This document shows positions 57,385 through 64,000 of a stretch of DNA of 64,000 nt, in pieces. Source of the stretch: Rubripirellula sp. GTDB taxonomy: Bacteria > Planctomycetota > Planctomycetia > Pirellulales > Pirellulaceae. The notes below the pieces were generated by a model that saw only the letters and a list, made by a program, of their open reading frames with translations, had not been told where the DNA came from and made no database searches. The translations under genes were made by a program, and so were the position numbers. Position 1 is the first letter of the stretch. Every line of letters begins with the position of its first letter. The stretch is from assembly GCA_965216875.1 (NCBI GenBank), contig OZ244207.1, forward strand, positions 4,064,001 through 4,128,000, given 5' to 3'.

Positions 57385-60300
57385 TCATTCAGGCCGCGCG
57401 GCCACCTCAAGTGGCGGCAAGACGCCGATGTAGGCCATCATGTCACTGATTTCTTGAAGGGTCAGGTTATCCAGCAAACCGCTGGGCATGATACTGCTGT
57501 TGGACGGCAGGATTTGGTCGACATTGGCCGCCTCGACCTCCGAGACCCGGTTGTTTGCGTCGCGTACCTGAATCGTTCCGTCTGGCAATTCGCTGACCAT
57601 CCCAACCATCACATCGCCATCGAGCGTCAGCACTTTCTTACTGGCGTACTGGCTGCTGACCACGTGGGCAGGGTAGAGAACCGATTCCAGAATCTCGCGT
57701 TTGGTGAATCTTCGCGAGATCCCAGACAACGAAGGTCCAATCGCTCGGCCATAGTTTCCAAACTGGTGACAATCGGCGCACTTGGCTTTCGTGTAGGCAG
57801 CACGACCATGAACCGGATCGCCGAACTTCCCAGCGTCACTTTCGAGGTAGTTGGTTAGCTGATCGAAGTCCCATCGCGATTCATCTTTGTCGGGCTCTAC
57901 CGCTGGTGGACGGTCGGGGTAGGTTTTGGCATACCACTTTTGCCACAACCGCATCGACTTGTCGCCACCTTCGGGACGTTGCATCCCGGTCCAGTGCTCG
58001 AGCAGTTTTTCGGTCGATGCAAAACTCTTGTCCTGCGATTCGGCGCGAACGCCAAGCAGGATCAGTTGCCGCAAGGCCATCGGATCATCGGTCGCGACGG
58101 GAACCTTTTGAAGTGCCTTGACGACTTCTTCGGCGGTTTGATCTTCGAGAATATTCAGACTGCGAACCAGGTAGTCCCAGTTTTCGCCATCAGGGTTTTG
58201 AGCCAACGCCATCGCAATCACGGCCCGTCGCTCGGGCTCGTTCCGCCAAAGTTGGCGTAGGTACGCGGCTGAATCCTCGTCGCCTGCAGAAGCAAGCATC
58301 GCGATGATGCCCGTACGAAGGCGGCGCTGCACGTCACTTGCCTGTGGCTGTTCGACCAGTTTCTCGTCCAAGTCGCGGAGCAAGCCAGCAACCTTTTCAT
58401 CAATCGGTCGTGGCAGCCGATAGATTGCCGCCAGTGCAGCGTTCCGCCAAACCGATCCCTGTTCAAGGATGGCGAGGACATCTTCATCGGAAAGTGACTT
58501 CGCAAAGTCTCGCGTCACGGCCATCAAGTACATCGAAAGCGAACTGCTTTCGGTCGTGTTGGCCATGTTCTCGTAGAACTTCAAGATTTGGAAGCGTTGC
58601 TCTGCGGTCCAATCGTGTGAAAGGAACTGCAGGTACATTGCAACCAAGGTTCGGTCGGCTTCGGGGGCATCGGAGGTGATGTAATCGAGAGCTCGCTCAG
58701 CAACATCGTCCGATTGCAGGTAGGCCGCCAACCGAATCAATTCGTGATTCATGCGCTGGTCACCCGCTGGAAACTCTTCACCAATTTGGTCGCGAAGTGC
58801 AGTGATCTTTTCTGGATCGATTTTGCCACGGTGCAAGGCAACCTGACAGAGGCGAAGTGTGTCAACAAAGTCGGCATCACTCAAGAACTCGGTCAACAAC
58901 TGACTCGATCGACGAAGCACATCCATGCAAGCGGCTTCACTTGGATCGGCATTGACGAGCGCCAGCATCCCGACCAACGAAATGCGAACGTCATCGTGAC
59001 TGAGGACTTCTTCGCGCCAGGTTTCGACCGGCATGCGTTCCAAGACGCGACGTGCGACGAAAGCGAGGTTGCGATCCGAATCACCGAGCAGTGGCAACAG
59101 GTCGGCGACCGAGTTTGGCAAGCTGCCACTACGAAGGATCGCCTCGCAGGCAGCGCGTTGCACGCGTGCATCGCTGTCGCTGAGCATTTCGACCAAACGC
59201 TCGGAGCTGCGTTCGTCTGGATGAAGGGCGATGAATTGAGCGGCTCGAACACGAACGTTTTCGTTTTGAGCACGGCTGAGTTCGAGGATAAGTTCTTCAC
59301 TCGGCACAGGACCAAACAGCTGCATCAAGTCGATCGCACGTGTGCGATAGTGCGAAGGGTTGTCATCGCTGTAGGCGACGCCCGCGATCAATTGCCCCCA
59401 CTTATCACCGAGGTCGCGTTTGATCGATGCGATCTCTTGACGAGCCCATGCGGATCGTAGTTGGGGCTGGCGAACCGCCGCGGCAATGCCGCTGCCGAGA
59501 TTCTTCATGCGATCAGGAATCTGGCCTTTATAGATCACTCGATAGACGCCGCCTGCTGTTCCGCGACCGCCGGTGCAAAAATACATCGCGCCATCGGGAC
59601 CGACCTCGAGGTCGGTGACATTGAGCGGTTGGCCTTTCAAGAAGACTTCACTATCCGCAATGAAGCCGGCGCCCCTCGGCTTCATGCGGACGTTTAGGAT
59701 GCGTCCCTCGGACCAATCGGCGAGGAACAGTGAATTGTGGTAGCGAACTGGGAACATGTAATGTTCGTAGCAGATCGCGCCGGTCGGACTTCCTTTGCCA
59801 GTGTCCAACAGGTTGGGCAGTCGGTCGTAGTAGTGTTCGGGCCATTTTGCCCAGCCGGTGCGCCAACCAAACTCGGCCCCTTCGGTCACATCAAAGAGTG
59901 CCGTTGGTCGGTACCAGGCAGTGTCGATGTCCGCTTCCATGTCGGCATCATGAACGAACATGCCACCGGATGGCGTGAAGACCAGGTCGTAGGCGTTTCG
60001 AATCCCGCCAGCAACACGTTCGACGATCGAGCCGTCGGCGTTGGTCCGAATGATCGTGCCACCCGGAGCCTTGATGCCGCGACCATGACCCGCAGGGTCT
60101 TCGTAGCGCGGCAGCAAGTCGCCTTCGTAATAGCTTCGCAAAGTCTCGCCGTCACCCGTTTCACCCATCGCTTGGACGTGGCTTCCCACGGCAACGTAGA
60201 TCATTCCGTCGGCGCCGAGGCGAATGCCGTGAGCACCATGTTCACCACCATTGCCCTTGAATTTGACAATCGCTTTGACCTTTTCCAGCGTGCCATTTCG

Positions 60301-61182
60301 ATCGGCATCGGTCAGGCGGTAAAGAGCGTGTCCTTCGGGGCCATCGCCCGTCACAAAGACTTCGCCGTTGAGCGCCAAAATCCCTTGGCATGATGTGACT
60401 TGGTCACAATAAGTTCGAACTTGTTCGGGAATCCCGTCTTCGTCGCGATCAAAGACCAACATCAACGGGCCGCCTTCTTGCGACAAGATGATGTGGCCGA
60501 ATTCATTGAACGTCATCGCAATGACGCTGCCAACTTGATCGTCGCTCAAGACGCGTTGGACTCCAAAGCCCTTCTGAATCTGAAAGCGTTCGGTTTGCTC
60601 GGTTTGCTTCTCGGCAACAACGTCCTCGTCGCGGTCCCAAGGCACCGTGTCGCCAAGGATTCCGAACTCGGCCGCCGACTCCCAGAGTCGGTCGTTGAAC
60701 AACACGGTTTGCCACATCGATGTGTCTTCCGTGCTGGTTCGCCACGACGAGTCGCTGCTAAAGGTAAACCACTTGTCTTGGTCGTCTGGTCGGATCGACA
60801 CGCGAGCTGCGAGTGCCGCAGTATCGCCATGGGTGTTGACGACACTGACTGCGATCACATTGCGACCGATTTCAAGGAAGTCGGTAACGTCAATCTGCTG
60901 CATCTGCCGAGCCGAAGAACCCTGCCCAACCTGTTGGCCGTTGACAAAGACCTCGAAGCGATCGTCCGCCGCGATTTCAATCTTTCCTTCCGCAGGCACG
61001 CGAAGGTTGATTGGCTTGCGAAACAAGCAGGTTTCGCCTTCCGGAATTGGAGTCTGCAGCGTACTGCCCGACGCCCAAATCCATTTAGCTTCTTCAGCGT
61101 ATGCGGTCGTGGTGACGAGGGCCGCTGCGGTCAATACGGGCGCAACAATGCGGCTCAAAACAGAGCGTAGGTAGCCTTCCAT
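57385..61182 (-). CDS. PVC-type heme-binding protein: rhamnosidase-N/CBM67-like domain + beta-propeller + HEAT-like repeats + CxxCH domain
   Basis: 'AKWIW', 'FRK.I.L', 'IAADD.F..FVNG', 'DVT.FL..G.NVIAV...N'; 'EHGAH', 'GG.RN.YD', 'DADME.D....WYRPT', 'G.GSPTG', 'ADWS.G'; CADCH; 'S.MPSGL'. Confidence 0.87.
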   Translation of the reverse strand: MEGYLRSVLSRIVAPVLTAAALVTTTAYAEEAKWIWASGSTLQTPIPEGETCLFRKPINLRVPAEGKIEIAADDRFEVFVNGQQVGQGSSARQMQQIDVTDFLEIGRNVIAVSVVNTHGDTAALAARVSIRPDDQDKWFTFSSDSSWRTSTEDTSMWQTVLFNDRLWESAAEFGILGDTVPWDRDEDVVAEKQTEQTERFQIQKGFGVQRVLSDDQVGSVIAMTFNEFGHIILSQEGGPLMLVFDRDEDGIPEQVRTYCDQVTSCQGILALNGEVFVTGDGPEGHALYRLTDADRNGTLEKVKAIVKFKGNGGEHGAHGIRLGADGMIYVAVGSHVQAMGETGDGETLRSYYEGDLLPRYEDPAGHGRGIKAPGGTIIRTNADGSIVERVAGGIRNAYDLVFTPSGGMFVHDADMEADIDTAWYRPTALFDVTEGAEFGWRTGWAKWPEHYYDRLPNLLDTGKGSPTGAICYEHYMFPVRYHNSLFLADWSEGRILNVRMKPRGAGFIADSEVFLKGQPLNVTDLEVGPDGAMYFCTGGRGTAGGVYRVIYKGQIPDRMKNLGSGIAAAVRQPQLRSAWARQEIASIKRDLGDKWGQLIAGVAYSDDNPSHYRTRAIDLMQLFGPVPSEELILELSRAQNENVRVRAAQFIALHPDERSSERLVEMLSDSDARVQRAACEAILRSGSLPNSVADLLPLLGDSDRNLAFVARRVLERMPVETWREEVLSHDDVRISLVGMLALVNADPSEAACMDVLRRSSQLLTEFLSDADFVDTLRLCQVALHRGKIDPEKITALRDQIGEEFPAGDQRMNHELIRLAAYLQSDDVAERALDYITSDAPEADRTLVAMYLQFLSHDWTAEQRFQILKFYENMANTTESSSLSMYLMAVTRDFAKSLSDEDVLAILEQGSVWRNAALAAIYRLPRPIDEKVAGLLRDLDEKLVEQPQASDVQRRLRTGIIAMLASAGDEDSAAYLRQLWRNEPERRAVIAMALAQNPDGENWDYLVRSLNILEDQTAEEVVKALQKVPVATDDPMALRQLILLGVRAESQDKSFASTEKLLEHWTGMQRPEGGDKSMRLWQKWYAKTYPDRPPAVEPDKDESRWDFDQLTNYLESDAGKFGDPVHGRAAYTKAKCADCHQFGNYGRAIGPSLSGISRRFTKREILESVLYPAHVVSSQYASKKVLTLDGDVMVGMVSELPDGTIQVRDANNRVSEVEAANVDQILPSNSSIMPSGLLDNLTLQEISDMMAYIGVLPPLEVAARPE

Positions 61183-61501
61183 GGCACTTGATCTTTTCGG
61201 GGAAGCGGGGATGTTTCCGAAGATTGCCAGGAAGGTTAAAGATTGTCCCCATTTTGACGCAAGGCTGATCTGAATTCGAAAGAAGAGTCCTTGGTTCCCA
61301 CATCGCCTAAAATGCCCTAATCACCCGAAACGGCCGAACAGATGCGGTTGTGAAGTCAACTTCACGCCTGATCGTTTGATAGCACTACTCATTTCCTTTC
61401 GCAATTCGATCGTTCGGGGGATCAACCAACCCGTTCGTTCCCTTCCGCCGCAGTCGATGAATCGCGGCTCCACTACTCTCATCTTTTGACAGGATTCTGC
61501 G

Positions 61502-62374
61502 ATGCGTTGGAAAGGCCGCCGCCAAAGCAAAAACGTCGAAGTCAACCGTGGCCAACGCCCCAGGCAGGCTGCTGCCGGTGGCCTCGGTTTGATCGTTGTC
61601 GTCCTAATCGTGGCATTGCTCGGTGGCGATCCGATGCAATTCCTGCAGAACGCCAATGTCCAGCAACCAGGAGCTGGGCAACCAGCCGGCGGCCCTATCC
61701 CCGGGGGAGCGCCGGCCACGGCCGAGCAGCGAGAACTTGATGAATTTGTTTCCGTTGTTTTGGCCGACACCGAAGATGTCTGGGGCAAGCTGTACCCACA
61801 AATGACAGGCCGTCGGTACCAAGAACCTGGCCTAAGGATCTTCGCCAACACCGTTGACTCAGCATGCGGGCGAGCGACGTCGGCGACTGGTCCTTTCTAT
61901 TGCCCTGCTGACCGCAAGGTTTATCTCGACACGGCCTTTTTTCACCAGCTCGCACAAGACCTCAACGCTCCCGGCGACTTTGCTCAAGCCTATGTGATCG
62001 CACACGAAGTCGGTCATCACATCCAGAACTTGTTGGGCAAAACCGACGAGCTGCAACAACTACGGATGCGATTGCCTGAGGAAGAATACAACAAGTATTC
62101 CGTGCGACTTGAACTGCAAGCCGACTTCTACGCAGGCGTCATGTTCCATCACGCTCAACGTGACAAGAGCATTCTCGAGGAAGGTGACATTGAAGAGGGA
62201 CTTCGGGCGGCCGCCGCGATCGGCGACGACACGCTCCAGAAACGAGCGCGAGGATTCGCCGAGCAAGAGACCTTTACCCATGGAACAAGCGACCAGCGTG
62301 TTCGTTGGTTTCTCAAAGGATTGCGTACGGGCGACCCGACTCAGGGTGACACGTTTCGCGCGAAAGAGCTTTGA
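61502..62374 (+). CDS. YpfJ-family neutral zinc metallopeptidase
   Basis: 'MRW.G.R.S.NVE', 'TEDVW', 'SACG...SATGPFYCPAD.KVY.D..FF', 'GDFAQAYVIAHEVGHH.Q', 'ELQADF.AG', 'IGDD.LQ', 'FTHG.S.QR..WF'. Confidence 0.95.
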   Translation: MRWKGRRQSKNVEVNRGQRPRQAAAGGLGLIVVVLIVALLGGDPMQFLQNANVQQPGAGQPAGGPIPGGAPATAEQRELDEFVSVVLADTEDVWGKLYPQMTGRRYQEPGLRIFANTVDSACGRATSATGPFYCPADRKVYLDTAFFHQLAQDLNAPGDFAQAYVIAHEVGHHIQNLLGKTDELQQLRMRLPEEEYNKYSVRLELQADFYAGVMFHHAQRDKSILEEGDIEEGLRAAAAIGDDTLQKRARGFAEQETFTHGTSDQRVRWFLKGLRTGDPTQGDTFRAKEL

Positions 62375-62385
62375 AGCATCGCCGA

Positions 62386-62754
62386 TCAATCGGGTGCGAT
62401 GATCGGCGACCCAAAACGGAGCGTATTGCCATCGAGGTCTTCGATCACGAACACGCGGTGGCCCCACGGTGCATCATGCAGCGGCTCGATCACTTCAACG
62501 CCCTGGCCGACAAACTCATCATGCAACACCTGTGCGTCATCAACATTGACGTAAAGCTGGATCCGTTCTGGCCCGTCGCCAGAGTGCTCGGACAAATGAA
62601 AAGCAACGCGATCGCGTGCGATCTCGACAAAGACGGGCAAGCCATCGCCTGGGTCATGGTCCCAGGTGGTCTGGAAGCCGAGCTTGTCGCGAAAAAAGGC
62701 TTCGCTCTTTCGAGCGTCCGCAACGCGTAACAGGCTAATCGTTCCTTGCAACAT
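62386..62754 (-). CDS. Glyoxalase/bleomycin resistance (VOC) family protein
   Basis: 'L.V.D...S.AFF.D.LGF', 'HLSEH.GD', 'PWG.R.F.I.D.DGN.LRF'. Confidence 0.9.
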   Translation of the reverse strand: MLQGTISLLRVADARKSEAFFRDKLGFQTTWDHDPGDGLPVFVEIARDRVAFHLSEHSGDGPERIQLYVNVDDAQVLHDEFVGQGVEVIEPLHDAPWGHRVFVIEDLDGNTLRFGSPIIAPD

Positions 62755-62790
62755 GGCATCACCTTTGGACGACATTCCCAACCACCAGAG

Positions 62791-63846
62791 CTAGAACTCG
62801 ACAGCGAAACAGACTTCGCATCGATTGCGTGCCAACTGTCGGACACGCACTGACCTTGGCTTCCATTTTTCGATCGTCGCGCGCCACTGATCAATTTGGC
62901 TCGCCGAGCCGTAGTCGCCTATCTTCATCGTCAGCAACAGACCTTTAAAATGGCAACCCGAGTGGGTGACGATATTGCCGACGGTGACCAGTGTCTTTTC
63001 CGGCTTCACGTTCGAATCGACGAGCATCCATTTCGCACCGCGGAACTCTTTGCGAGGCAAGTCCCCGGCGCGTGCTCGAAAGTGTTTGAACTTGGGATGC
63101 TTTGCAATTCGCGGGTCCATGTCGGCTGGATCGATGCCGATCACTTGCATCCCCAATTCAAGCAGGCGCCCGCACGCTCCGCCCGGCGCGCTACCGATCT
63201 CCACACACAGGTCATCGGTATGCATATGGAACCCACTCCACGTGATCGCTTCAGCCGCTTTGTAGTAAGCGCGCGAAATGGGTGGGTAGGTTGGTGAAAT
63301 TGGCTGCACACCGCCGGGCCAACGTGATGGCGAAAAACTCGTGGCTTTGTGCGTGCCAAAAAACCAATGCGATGGTTCAACGAGGACCACGTCCAATACC
63401 GTTTGGTCAGGATGTGCGATTTCGTTCGGCTTGTCGGCTCGGATCAAGTCACCGCCGATTTCGCCAAAGAGTTCGTCGGCAACCGCGGCCGAAACCTCAT
63501 CCGTGCCAGGCTCAAAACCGAAACGCCCGATGGGCGCTCGATCCTTTGGCCAAACGTGCAAATGATCAAAGCTGCCCAAACCGCCCTCGGCGAGTTTTTC
63601 TTTGATGGCCACAACATGCCCCGCAAAATCTGAATCGCGAGATTGCCCGATCGAGGCCGATGCAGTTCGCACAAAGATGCCCCGCGGAGGCGGAACAGCG
63701 TCGTCATGTTTTGCGGTCACAAAACCAGGTCGCGAAAAAGCGAGGCGCCAACCCTGGTCTCCCATTTCCTTTTTCACCACCGCTTCGGCGCCGTGGGCAC
63801 AGCAAAGCATTGCGAAGGTCGGTCCAGATTGGCTTTGCTCAGTCAC
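62791..63846 (-). CDS. RlmM/FtsJ-like SAM-dependent RNA 2'-O-methyltransferase
   Basis: 'PISRAYYK..EA', 'EIGSAPGG', 'V.GIDPA.M', 'W..VD', 'T.K'. GTG 63846 overlaps the upstream stop. Confidence 0.85.
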   Translation of the reverse strand: MTEQSQSGPTFAMLCCAHGAEAVVKKEMGDQGWRLAFSRPGFVTAKHDDAVPPPRGIFVRTASASIGQSRDSDFAGHVVAIKEKLAEGGLGSFDHLHVWPKDRAPIGRFGFEPGTDEVSAAVADELFGEIGGDLIRADKPNEIAHPDQTVLDVVLVEPSHWFFGTHKATSFSPSRWPGGVQPISPTYPPISRAYYKAAEAITWSGFHMHTDDLCVEIGSAPGGACGRLLELGMQVIGIDPADMDPRIAKHPKFKHFRARAGDLPRKEFRGAKWMLVDSNVKPEKTLVTVGNIVTHSGCHFKGLLLTMKIGDYGSASQIDQWRATIEKWKPRSVRVRQLARNRCEVCFAVEF

Positions 63847-64000
63847 GTTTTTGTTGTTCTCGGTTGCGTTGAAACTTCTCGACACGCTGCGAGATTCCGG
63901 GAATCAGCTTCGCTGCGTTTTCGTAGTACAACTTTCTCAAGACGTCATCAGGAAGCTCGACGCCGTAGATTTGCCACATCCCTTGGGGCGGAGGCTGCTT
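63839..64000 (-). CDS. Amidohydrolase family protein, C-terminal fragment
   Basis: Manual translation: KQPPPQGMWQIYGVELPDDVLRKLYYENAAKLIPGISQRVEKFQRNREQQKRD*. 'L.K.YY.NA..L' is the usual amidohydrolase_2 terminus. Confidence 0.75.
   Translation of the reverse strand, partial: KQPPPQGMWQIYGVELPDDVLRKLYYENAAKLIPGISQRVEKFQRNREQQKRD

Noticed and set aside
1..64000. Transposase, integrase, prophage, tRNA or rRNA genes
   Set aside because: I recognised no such motifs in the ORFs or intergenic regions. This was by eye only, so small RNAs could have been missed.

Overview
A gene-dense chromosomal window from a Planctomycetota bacterium, most likely Pirellulaceae (Rhodopirellula/Stieleria-like). The assignment rests on a LEPRxLL-type secreted protein, a DUF1559 prepilin-like protein, three PVC-type heme-binding CxxCH beta-propeller proteins, several sulfatases, ECF sigma/FecR pairs and REP-like palindromes. 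About 1-49 kb is accessory and glycan-oriented. It holds a large multi-lectin sugar dehydrogenase and two back-to-back cassettes of the same design (ECF sigma > FecR anti-sigma with a sugar-binding domain > heme-c beta-propeller > sulfatases/esterase/DUF1080). It also holds a two-component system next to a DUF1559/lipoprotein pair, an ATPase-less MacAB-like pair, a 181-bp palindromic tandem array and a GH29 fucosidase. The most unusual locus is a YCF48-propeller/KAP P-loop NTPase apparently split into two translationally coupled membrane proteins. About 49-64 kb is more housekeeping: Ser/Thr kinase, a small basic protein, argS, rsfS, yidC, a YpfJ-type peptidase, a VOC protein and an RlmM-like methyltransferase. 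I saw no tRNA, rRNA, CRISPR array or transposase. All family calls come from motif recognition by eye, not database searches, and several starts were moved downstream of the ORF-track start.
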